Source of the DNA: a virus
Taxonomy: Duplodnaviria; Caudoviricetes
Direction: 5' to 3' (one strand)
IMG/VR virus record: IMGVR_UViG_3300021431_000081
Location: 32,001-96,000 of that record
Length of the DNA stretch: 64,000 bases
The notes under the pieces are model-generated. The model ran no database searches. It saw only the letters and a program-made list of their open reading frames with translations, and was not told the DNA's origin. The position numbers were made by a program, and so were the translations under genes. Positions within the stretch are counted from its first letter, which is position 1; each line of letters starts with the position of its first letter. This document shows positions 50,243 to 58,381 of the stretch, one piece after another.

Positions 50243-50802
50243 TATTCTAATTGTATTCCGTTCACCATTTCCATAATTTCAGGCATTACACCACTAACGG
50301 CATCTAATACTTGCTCCGTTCCTTTGGCAATTCCAATCATAATAGCATCAATAATTTCCTGAGATTGCTTTTGTGAGTTGATATCATCAAAGAAATCTCG
50401 TTTAATGCAATAAAAAACTTTTTTGAATTCTTTAATATCATCTGATGCCAAATCTTCAATCATTTTAAAATCCTTTATTGCACCCATAATTAAATCATAT
50501 TCTTTTGTTGCATCTTCAGTATGCAAATCTAAATTCGTATATAATTCCATAATTGTCCATTGAAATAAGAACAACTCTTTGGATTGATTATGTTTATATT
50601 TATCGTTTTTAAAATGAGCTGTTTGCAATATATAAGTAGCATAGGTCATTTTTTCTGCATAAGGGATATATGCATTTTTATCAATAATTTCACTCATGAT
50701 ACATGCTTTCCTATCATCAGCACTTTCTGCCTCATCATATTTTTTAAGAAAATCAGCAACACTGATTTTTTCAATATTTTCATTATTCATAATTTTACTC
50801 AT
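50242..50802 (-). CDS. Hypothetical protein (possible tail assembly chaperone)
   Basis: 186 aa, GGAGG RBS, between the major tail and TMP genes. Confidence 0.55.
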   Translation of the reverse strand: MSKIMNNENIEKISVADFLKKYDEAESADDRKACIMSEIIDKNAYIPYAEKMTYATYILQTAHFKNDKYKHNQSKELFLFQWTIMELYTNLDLHTEDATKEYDLIMGAIKDFKMIEDLASDDIKEFKKVFYCIKRDFFDDINSQKQSQEIIDAIMIGIAKGTEQVLDAVSGVMPEIMEMVNGIQLE

Positions 50803-50814
50803 ATCTCGATCCTC

Positions 50815-51381
50815 CTAGTTTTCCTTATATTTAGCACAAACTCCCTCGACTATTTCATCCTGGATCCGGCCTTCCATTGCCTTACGAAGAATTGAACAGT
50901 TTCTATCATACCGTTTACAGGTTTTGCATTTATCTTCAAAATAATCAGCGGAAGCTTGATTATCAAACACTCCTACAAAATCTACAGGATAAATAGTCAA
51001 TTCAATATGTGGATTTTTATTATCGTACATAACCTTTAAAATGCGATTACAAACCATATTATCATCTAACCAAACCACACCAGAATCTGTAATAGCATCA
51101 GAAATGCACTTATCATAATTAGCGCAATCCATATCGGTCCTTGGAAAATAATAAACCGCATCAACATAATAATGCTGATACGGATTTTCACTTTTTATCC
51201 AACCTTGTTTTTTCGCCTCTTGTTTTACATATTCTGTAAATCGTTTCTGGAAGTCTTTCGCTTCTTTTGTCTTATAGGACATTGCCATAGGTTTTCCATT
51301 TTTATACATTACACGATATGCAAGATAGTGATTCACTGAAATGAATTCATTTACGGTGAGTTTTAATACTTGCTTTTCCAT
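50815..51381 (-). CDS. rusA: RusA-like Holliday junction resolvase with C-terminal Cys cluster
   Basis: SVNHY, YFPR..MD.ANY.K...DAI..SGVVW.DD, D.KNP.IEL.I motifs; C..C.R...C...C tail. Confidence 0.8.
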   Translation of the reverse strand: MEKQVLKLTVNEFISVNHYLAYRVMYKNGKPMAMSYKTKEAKDFQKRFTEYVKQEAKKQGWIKSENPYQHYYVDAVYYFPRTDMDCANYDKCISDAITDSGVVWLDDNMVCNRILKVMYDNKNPHIELTIYPVDFVGVFDNQASADYFEDKCKTCKRYDRNCSILRKAMEGRIQDEIVEGVCAKYKEN

Positions 51382-51394
51382 AACTCACCACCAA

Positions 51395-51796
51395 TCAATA
51401 AATATATCCTTCAAGAGTAAATACAGATTCTGTATTCGAACTATCTGGATCAAGATTGGCATATACATCAAACGATATCATGGTCATTTCACATGGAAAA
51501 TCCCAAACATAAGACTGTTCATGCCAATCATTGATAGGAATGAACCGTCCTTTCTCTCCAATTATCTTTATATTAATAATTTTACCTTTGGCATTTAATA
51601 ACATTGGTAAAAAACCTATAGATTTAAATTCAATTGTATTAATATCCCGTCTTTGATAATTGATAGTAAAATTATTTACTTCACTTAAAACTATAGATTT
51701 ACCATTTTCATAATTTAATATTACTTTTACACTGGTATCCCCAGTAATAAATGTTTGATTTTTTATAGGCTCAAATGTCATATTTTTCTCCTTCAT
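51395..51796 (-). CDS. Hypothetical protein
   Basis: 133-aa ORF; a second ATG after AAGGAG (MTFEP) is a possible start. Confidence 0.5.
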   Translation of the reverse strand: MKEKNMTFEPIKNQTFITGDTSVKVILNYENGKSIVLSEVNNFTINYQRRDINTIEFKSIGFLPMLLNAKGKIINIKIIGEKGRFIPINDWHEQSYVWDFPCEMTMISFDVYANLDPDSSNTESVFTLEGYIY

Positions 51797-51843
51797 ATTC
51801 CGATACTGTAGTTCTAACCCTACTATTCAATTTAAAAAAGCCA

Positions 51844-51866
51844 TGATATAATCCCCATTAAGGAGG
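51844..51866 (+). promoter_or_regulatory. Extended -10 promoter and RBS of the only plus-strand gene
   Basis: TGaTATAAT at 51844-51852, then AAGGAGG at 51860-51866, 6 nt before the ATG at 51873. Confidence 0.65.
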
Positions 51867-51872
51867 CATATC

Positions 51873-52082
51873 ATGACAAAACAACAACTAATTGATATAA
51901 TTTCAGAGGCTAATAATTTAGCTTCGTTACACTTTATCGAATTATATAAACAAAATGCTGATTTTATATTGAGCAAAGAAGATAAATACGCTCAATATTT
52001 TGCGTTAGGTTTTACTACATTTAATGCAGTTCAATTAATACTATTCTTTACTTTATATCAAATTTGCGAAATAGAAGAGTAG
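51873..52082 (+). CDS. Small moron-like membrane protein (69 aa)
   Basis: Own promoter and strong RBS; fills a gap in the minus-strand operon; C-terminal hydrophobic segment YFALGFTTFNAVQLILFFTLYQIC. Confidence 0.7.
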   Translation: MTKQQLIDIISEANNLASLHFIELYKQNADFILSKEDKYAQYFALGFTTFNAVQLILFFTLYQICEIEE

Positions 52083-52334
52083 TCATACCTCTTTGACCAG
52101 GTCGTAAGAGATCTGAACAGGTATAACCACTAATTCAATATCATCATTTGTTACATGCTTATATTCATCTAGTAACATTTGCGCTATACTTCGATCTTCG
52201 GTGTATAGCGCTTTATTTATGCGTTTATAAAAACAATATTTATACTCACCAGGTTGTTTATACAAATACATGGTAGGAGATGAAACCGTTGCAATTATAA
52301 ATTTTATTTCTTTTAACGTAGGTATTGTATCCAT
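52083..52334 (-). CDS. Hypothetical protein
   Basis: 83-aa ORF with AAGGA RBS, tightly packed in the operon. Confidence 0.6.
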   Translation of the reverse strand: MDTIPTLKEIKFIIATVSSPTMYLYKQPGEYKYCFYKRINKALYTEDRSIAQMLLDEYKHVTNDDIELVVIPVQISYDLVKEV

Positions 52335-52348
52335 AATCCTTATTCTCC

Positions 52349-52579
52349 TTATAGCAGCTTACGCTCATTCCATAATTGTGACACCTCTTTTGTGTCTTCT
52401 CTATAAAAAACGTATACCAATATATCATTTCCTTCGCAGTCTGAACTAGCATATAAATCTATAGGGTATACATTATGTTTTATATATTTTTTTGCCTGAA
52501 TAGGATTTATGATTCTAACTACTTCACCTAATTCATAATCGCATCCAGTAATATTAGTCTTAATTAGCATCCTATTCAC
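52349..52579 (-). CDS. Hypothetical protein
   Basis: VRI.NP.Q...YIK..V.P.D.Y...LVYVF..E.T pattern; tightly packed in the operon. Confidence 0.6.
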   Translation of the reverse strand: MNRMLIKTNITGCDYELGEVVRIINPIQAKKYIKHNVYPIDLYASSDCEGNDILVYVFYREDTKEVSQLWNERKLL

Positions 52580-52585
52580 CTTCTT

Positions 52586-53155
52586 TCAAGGAACCAGTTC
52601 ATTACCAAAACTGTCCCAACCCAGTCGTTCACGTCTTGCATACATTTCTAATTTGTTTAAGTTTGGATATAGATTCTCTATCATCTCATAGCTACATTCA
52701 GGTTTCTGGCTGTGATGTTTTGGTAATTCATGGAATACCGAATGATATTTCCCTCTATACTCTTTAGCTACTGGAATGAATTTACCCTTATAAGCATATA
52801 ATAGATATTCGTGACCAAAACGTATTGTAAATGCAGCGGGAATACCGTTAATCTTATCCCAGATCATACGAGAATGAATTTTATATCCCAAATCCTTTAA
52901 AATTTGTTCTGCTTCAAATAAATATTTATCTATAGTCCATAAAAACATCACACAGTCACCCCCCCCTATACAATTTTCAGAGACATATTTTAAATGCTTC
53001 TTAATATCATCCAGTGAGAGAGTAGGGTAATCCAGATCTGTTCCGCTTGAATTTTTTCGGACTGCTTTTTTGCCACCTTTTGTTTGTTTCCAAGGTGGGT
53101 CTGCCAGTATTAAATTATATTTACCATCAATTTGATGAATGTCCGTATATATCAT
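52586..53155 (-). CDS. MT-A70 family adenine-N6 methyltransferase
   Basis: LILADPPW catalytic motif, YPTL, MFLW, IWDK, HEYLL, HSQKP, KLEMYAR..R.GWD.FGNE. Confidence 0.9.
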   Translation of the reverse strand: MIYTDIHQIDGKYNLILADPPWKQTKGGKKAVRKNSSGTDLDYPTLSLDDIKKHLKYVSENCIGGGDCVMFLWTIDKYLFEAEQILKDLGYKIHSRMIWDKINGIPAAFTIRFGHEYLLYAYKGKFIPVAKEYRGKYHSVFHELPKHHSQKPECSYEMIENLYPNLNKLEMYARRERLGWDSFGNELVP

Positions 53156-53183
53156 TCCTTGTTCTCCTTTCCCTTTTTAGGGC

Positions 53184-53230
53184 AAAAAAGGGGAGCATAA
53201 CCCCGCACAGTGTGCAAAGCTATACTCCCC
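53184..53230 (-). terminator. 19-bp terminator hairpin with U6 upstream of the methyltransferase
   Basis: GGGGAGUAUAGCUUUGCAC-ACU-GUGCGGGGUUAUGCUCCCC-UUUUUU. Confidence 0.8.
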
Positions 53231-53282
53231 TATCAGAATATTTAAAATAAAAAATCACTGTGCAAAATACTATAATCTCTGA

Positions 53283-53603
53283 TTATTCAGTCTGCTCAGA
53301 GTACGCAGTTTTTTTCTTCTTTTTAGTAAACTTAGGATTTTCGATCTTCATAATTTCATCGATTCTTTCTGCAATCACTTCATTATATTTATCAGTTCTT
53401 GTAAGATCATATTCTTTAAGCTGTTCACGAGCCTGATCAATAGTAATTGCTTTTCCTATATAGTTCGAAGTAATTTTATAAATCATTCTACAATTATTAG
53501 AATCAAAAGTAGTCATCCAAGCAGGTTTATCCTTATCTTCACCACAACCCGGACAATAACTATACATTTTTCCGCAAATTGCACATTTTCTATTATTTGC
53601 CAT
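53283..53603 (-). CDS. Zn-finger-like hypothetical protein
   Basis: C..CGK.Y.YCP.C then W...FDS.NC; GGAGG RBS. Confidence 0.65.
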   Translation of the reverse strand: MANNRKCAICGKMYSYCPGCGEDKDKPAWMTTFDSNNCRMIYKITSNYIGKAITIDQAREQLKEYDLTRTDKYNEVIAERIDEIMKIENPKFTKKKKKTAYSEQTE

Positions 53604-53661
53604 GTTAATAATTCCTCCTTAATTCATAGATTCCTCTATGCCTTTATAGAGGAATAGGATT

Positions 53662-53697
53662 AAATAAGGGTGGACAGGTATGAGCCATCCACCCCTT
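53662..53697 (-). terminator. Hairpin after the major tail gene
   Basis: GGGUGGAUGG...CUGUCCACCC then UUAUUU; a second hairpin follows at about 53628-53655. Confidence 0.6.
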
Positions 53698-53711
53698 GTA
53701 TAGACTAATTA

Positions 53712-54324
53712 TTAGTCTTCATCATCATCATCAGCCCAAGTGATGTAGTACAGCAGTTTTTCAGAACCGCAGTAAGAGGACTGCAGAGAACCGCTGAAGT
53801 CTACGGTAGCATCCGTAGTCAGAGACAGAGAAATCTCAGGGCTGATTTGGAAGGACGGGAAGGTAATATACATTGCCTTGAGCGTATTGACAGAACACGG
53901 ATCGATAGCGAGCGCTTTTACAGTCAATTTAATAGTTCCAGGGAATTTGTCAGACTCATTAACGATCTTTGCACCAGTATTAACGGTACGATCATATTTA
54001 ACAATATACTGTTCAATACCAGTAGTATTAGGAGGTGTAAGCGTTGTTACACCATCGACAGTGGTAATATTATAAGCAGTTAAGTCATAAGTCTGTCCCA
54101 TACCACCAGAGGTATTCATATCAGAAACCTGAATAGTACCTTCAATAAAACCAGTGATATCAAGGGTTTCACCCTTCTTCACAACAGCAATACGAGGCAT
54201 TACAATAGTATGAGATGTGGTAGCCATCTCAGCATCCGTACCAGAAGCAGTAGCCAGAGCGGAGAAATTAATCATTGCTTCTGTAGCGGTAACTTCGCCA
54301 GTTTTTGCCTGCCAAAAGCGTTTT
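53712..54324 (-). CDS. Major tail (tube) protein, exon 2
   Basis: Begins with the last base of the split Val codon, then KRFWQAKTGEVTATEAMINFSALA...; in frame with the track ORF 53712..54275. Confidence 0.8.
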
Positions 54325-54623
54325 CAATTTCTGTTACTTCTATGACCTATTATGAATATAAAAATGCAAATAATAGGCGAGTAAGTATTTCTACTTACTT
54401 CTCACATTTCATTTTTTTTAGATTATAGTGTGAGTTCAGACTGTATATTCATCCTTATAAAAATAAGGAGAGCCACTTCAATATATATGTCACCATATAT
54501 ATCCTGCAGTCGTTACGGATTCTCTCATATAAAGAGTCTTTCCTCGGTCTTGTCCATCTCTGGAGTTTAACCGATATAGTGGCTTTTTAATTATGTATTA
54601 CTACATAACCTGGCAAAACTTAT
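54325..54623 (-). ncRNA. Group I intron in the major tail protein gene (299 nt, no ORF)
   Basis: IGS GUUUUGCCAG pairs with the joined exons CUGGU|AAAAC (U.G at the splice site); P2 UUAUGUA-GUAA-UACAUAA; P3 AGCCAC/GUGGCU; P4 UCGG/CCGA; R CCGUAACGACUG and S AAUAUACAGUC (P7 GACUG/CAGUC); P8 UCCUUAU/AUAAGGA; terminal G at 54325; removal restores the frame. Confidence 0.93.
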
Positions 54624-54808
54624 ACCAGAGTGCCTTGGGCATCAACAGCGTCTTTAGATTCAGCAGTAATATCAACAGTAAAATTATTTAACTGAGACAT
54701 CAGCAGTACAGGTACATCAGTATCTACACCATTAACTTTCTTTGTCATTTCACCGTAGGCGAATTGTACTCTGTCCACGATGATGTCACCAAGCATGAAC
54801 TGTGCCAT
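54624..54808 (-). CDS. Major tail (tube) protein, exon 1 (MAQFMLGDIIVDRV...DAQGTL-V)
   Basis: GAAAGGAG RBS before the ATG at 54808; spliced product 265 aa; position between head-tail genes and TMP. Confidence 0.8.
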
Positions 54809-54858
54809 AGTGTACTCCTTTCTATACGAATTTCGTAATTTGTTCAATAAAAAAGAAC

Positions 54859-55755
54859 TTAGTATTCAACATCTAAGTTCCGCATAAAGTTATATTGATC
54901 AGGCTTTATGCCTTTTGTGTCAATGAATCCTGAATACATTCCTTTCATAAGGGCAGTAGAAGACTCATAAATTTGCAAACGTTGCACACTATCCATAAAT
55001 TCAACAATGCCAACGTCCATCAATTCTTTCTTTGAATATTTAAACCCCGGATGATTTAAACAAGAGGAGATAAGAGGAAATAAAACAGATTCATAAGGAT
55101 CATCTTTATGTTTTTCATAATTCTGTCTGTCTTCCCAAATTAAAGCCTCTTTTGTGGCTTTCCCTTTTCCAAATTCTTCTTTTGGAAAAATGTTAAAAAT
55201 TGTACGTATGTACCATATCAACTTATCACAAGTTGCTTCATCAATCGTAAGATCCTGTTCTGGATCGTACATAATAATATATGTTTTTTCTGTATCAGGT
55301 TCTGTTACCTGATACAATTCTAATTTGGAAAAATCCAGATCCCCGAATAAAAATTGTGTATCTTCCTGTTTCAGTGTTGGTGCTAAAAATGTAAACAGTT
55401 GAAAATTGGTCATCTTGCACCAATCATATCCCGCTTCCCATAAAAACATTCTATAAGAAGTTGTGTTAGCAGTAAAAATATGAATTACAGAATAACATTT
55501 CTGCTCACCTATTCTGATAATATCGCCTACAGTAGGTTGATAAATAGTAATTTTATCATTTAATTTATAAGGCTCACCCAAATATAACTGCATTTTATCA
55601 ATTTCATATTTAGGTTTATCCTTCTTTTTATTCTTTTCACGAGACTTCTCTAAAGTCTCTTTCGCAGCTTGCTCCTTTTCTTCTCGTGCTTTGTTTTCTG
55701 CTTCGTGTTTTGCTTTTAATTGCTCAACAGCTTGCTCTTTAAGGGAGTTTGTCAT
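54859..55755 (-). CDS. Conserved virion-morphogenesis hypothetical protein
   Basis: I.QPTVGDI, F.D.V.RLQ, GMYSGFID.K motifs; lies in the head-tail cluster. Confidence 0.6.
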   Translation of the reverse strand: MTNSLKEQAVEQLKAKHEAENKAREEKEQAAKETLEKSREKNKKKDKPKYEIDKMQLYLGEPYKLNDKITIYQPTVGDIIRIGEQKCYSVIHIFTANTTSYRMFLWEAGYDWCKMTNFQLFTFLAPTLKQEDTQFLFGDLDFSKLELYQVTEPDTEKTYIIMYDPEQDLTIDEATCDKLIWYIRTIFNIFPKEEFGKGKATKEALIWEDRQNYEKHKDDPYESVLFPLISSCLNHPGFKYSKKELMDVGIVEFMDSVQRLQIYESSTALMKGMYSGFIDTKGIKPDQYNFMRNLDVEY

Positions 55756-56350
55756 ATTTATTTGTCATCCCCATATGAGTAGGCACGAAATTAGGAGTGT
55801 TCACATTAAACTTTAAAATTCGAGTATAATATTTATCATCAATAATATCAGAATAATCAGATACACATTTTAATTGAAATCCCGTAACATTACTCCAACA
55901 TAATAAATCTTTCACTATATAAGAGAGAAGATCTTGTCGAGTAATATTATATTCTGTATAAACATCATCTTCATGTACCATACAGAATACAACAATCTGT
56001 TGCACTTTCATTGCTTTATTATAATAAGAAGTATCATAATCATGTACATCAAACATAATAAAGTTATTTACCTCTTTCTGTACACCATTTAGCTTAAGAA
56101 AGGGAATAATTTGCGGGGTTTCAACCCTTCTATTGTATTCTTCTATTTCTTTCCTTAGTTTTAACTCCTGTTCTGTAGGAATAGATGGATCTTGGAATTT
56201 ATTGAGAGGACGTTTACTACGGACCCCTAATATTTCTTTCAAGTCAGGATCTTCGTTGAAGACTTTACTTAAAACTGATTTCTTATAAATAATATCGTTA
56301 TTCTGATTGTTCTCCAGATCCCGATCAATTTTATTTAAATCACGTATCAT
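55739..56350 (-). CDS. Head-tail joining/tail terminator-like protein
   Basis: IIPFL, R.DLLSY motifs; position after the neck genes. Confidence 0.5.
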   Translation of the reverse strand: MIRDLNKIDRDLENNQNNDIIYKKSVLSKVFNEDPDLKEILGVRSKRPLNKFQDPSIPTEQELKLRKEIEEYNRRVETPQIIPFLKLNGVQKEVNNFIMFDVHDYDTSYYNKAMKVQQIVVFCMVHEDDVYTEYNITRQDLLSYIVKDLLCWSNVTGFQLKCVSDYSDIIDDKYYTRILKFNVNTPNFVPTHMGMTNKYDKLP

Positions 56351-57543
56351 CCTTTATCCACCTCCCACTCTATATTTGCTTTATGCTGCCCATCTCGATC
56401 AATGGCAGACAAAATAAAATGTTTTCCTATTAATGAAGAAGCTTTTGAGGGTTTTATTTCAATTATGTTATCATCATAAGTAACTAATTTAATAAGTCCC
56501 TCATAATACTTTTTCTCTTCATCTGTATATTCATTTCCATCATCCTTGAGTTTTACATCCCAAGTGGCAATAACATCATCCGTGCCAAGGGATGCTCTAT
56601 AAAAATATCTCTTACCCATTAAAAGGATAGAGTTATAAAAATCCTGAGAGACTAATTCGTCATTCTCATCCAGAGACATCTCAGTGATGCTGAACATTTT
56701 TTCATCGAATTTATATTCAGAAACATCTGATTTCATGTCTCCCATATTGGTATAATAATCACATATTTTAAGATCCACATTATCTCGTTTTGAGTTATAA
56801 TCATCTTGTTTTACATTACATTTAATTAAACCTGAAGGTGATAATTCGATTACCTTCGTAACTTGATATACCTTGGGATCTAATTCATTGTTAGTTAACA
56901 TAAAACGCTGATCATGCATTATGGTTCTAGTATCATCTAAACCTAATTGAGTAAGATTCTCTCCATAAACATAATGCGTATCAGGAACCCAAAAACCAGT
57001 TAAGTTATCAAGTGCTACGGAATATTCAGAGCGCCAGATACCGCTTGTGTAGCTGTTAGCAGCTCTTATTGTTCCATAGCAACTATTAATCTGACCATTA
57101 TATATCCATTGAAAATTCCAGTTACAATGCAGCACATTATATCTCACATATGCATTCTGATTATCCCTGTCAACAATCATCCACCATAAATGTCTATTCT
57201 CAACTGGTTGCAGAAAAGGATTCTTTAATTCTTCCTCAGTTAAGTCCAGATCAGGGCTTACATCATTAGGAATAAGAATATAACTGCCAATGGGATAATG
57301 TACCTTTGGACGAAATTGCAGATAGTAATCCACATCATCCTTGGCAATAGATTGCGCAAAGTGAAATTGATACTTTGCATCTTCCCATTTCCAACCATCT
57401 TTGGTCAATATATATACTCGCTTATAGGTAGGATCATCTGTAAATGTATTATTAATGATCATATCAGATTGATTACGTCTAATTTGAGATAAATTATCAC
57501 CATAAGAAGTTAAGTATGATTTATAAGTATTATAATTTATCAT
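56347..57543 (-). CDS. Head closure/neck-like structural protein
   Basis: WMIV...Y.VL.CNW..QWI motif; ATG at 57543 follows a GGGGTG RBS-like site. Confidence 0.5.
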   Translation of the reverse strand: MINYNTYKSYLTSYGDNLSQIRRNQSDMIINNTFTDDPTYKRVYILTKDGWKWEDAKYQFHFAQSIAKDDVDYYLQFRPKVHYPIGSYILIPNDVSPDLDLTEEELKNPFLQPVENRHLWWMIVDRDNQNAYVRYNVLHCNWNFQWIYNGQINSCYGTIRAANSYTSGIWRSEYSVALDNLTGFWVPDTHYVYGENLTQLGLDDTRTIMHDQRFMLTNNELDPKVYQVTKVIELSPSGLIKCNVKQDDYNSKRDNVDLKICDYYTNMGDMKSDVSEYKFDEKMFSITEMSLDENDELVSQDFYNSILLMGKRYFYRASLGTDDVIATWDVKLKDDGNEYTDEEKKYYEGLIKLVTYDDNIIEIKPSKASSLIGKHFILSAIDRDGQHKANIEWEVDKG

Positions 57544-57895
57544 CACTGTCACCCCCTTGGTTTTTAATTTTATCAACCAAAGTATGACTATCTAATATAG
57601 CTTTTCTATAGAATTGAAAATCAAAATTTTCATTTAACGTTGATAAATATGCACTTTGTAATAAGCACATAATGTCGCATATCTGCGTTGGATAAGATAA
57701 TAATGCATTTAGTCCATTAATCTCAAACATTATATTTTCAAAATATTTATCAAACGTTTCTTTCGTCATTTCTGGAAAATTATTTTGTAATTTGGGATCT
57801 TTATAAATAAGCAACCAATGAATTTTTTTGTGTAGTTGTTTTAAATATTCGTTAAATTGCGCATCCTGAAACGCACCATACTTATGTTTTATCAT
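57530..57895 (-). CDS. Hypothetical protein
   Basis: 121-aa ORF overlapping both neighbours (translational coupling). Confidence 0.6.
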   Translation of the reverse strand: MIKHKYGAFQDAQFNEYLKQLHKKIHWLLIYKDPKLQNNFPEMTKETFDKYFENIMFEINGLNALLSYPTQICDIMCLLQSAYLSTLNENFDFQFYRKAILDSHTLVDKIKNQGGDSDDKL

Positions 57896-58359
57896 AAGGC
57901 ATCTCCATTAACATAGGAATTATAGATATAGCCCCTATCACAGATTAAGCGCCGTTGGCGTTTTCGTAAGGAATCTAAAAGATTATTTATTTCAGAAATG
58001 TGCTGAGACTGCGAATAATATTTTTCTTCTTTACTCCCAAACATTTGTTTAATATTATTAAAACTATAAATTTTAGGAGTAAGCCATTGTATACACATTC
58101 CCAATGTTAATAGTTCCACTAAAAAATCTTCATCTTCAGATTCATCAACAGGCGCTTTAAATTCATAAGTTAAGCGCATCACATCATCATCAAAAACGAT
58201 AGTAGCAAACAATCTACGAATATAAGTTGGACGTAAAGCAGCATGTAACCAACTACACTGAAATTCATACGCTTCGTTGTCATCCAATTGAAAAAAATCA
58301 AAGGCTTCTGCCTGTAAGTAGAAGCCTTGATATATCTTGTTATAATCAATAGAGGCCAT
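57892..58359 (-). CDS. Head-tail adaptor-like protein
   Basis: E.L.LGM..QWL.P, ...SQ..HI motifs; two genes after the capsid. Confidence 0.55.
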   Translation of the reverse strand: MASIDYNKIYQGFYLQAEAFDFFQLDDNEAYEFQCSWLHAALRPTYIRRLFATIVFDDDVMRLTYEFKAPVDESEDEDFLVELLTLGMCIQWLTPKIYSFNNIKQMFGSKEEKYYSQSQHISEINNLLDSLRKRQRRLICDRGYIYNSYVNGDAL

Positions 58360-58381
58360 TGGTATTTACCTCCATTTTGGG

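Noticed and set aside
53712-54847. Programmed frameshift or two separate genes at the major tail locus
   Set aside because: The 299-nt gap has a full group I core, and its IGS matches the joined exons over 10 nt
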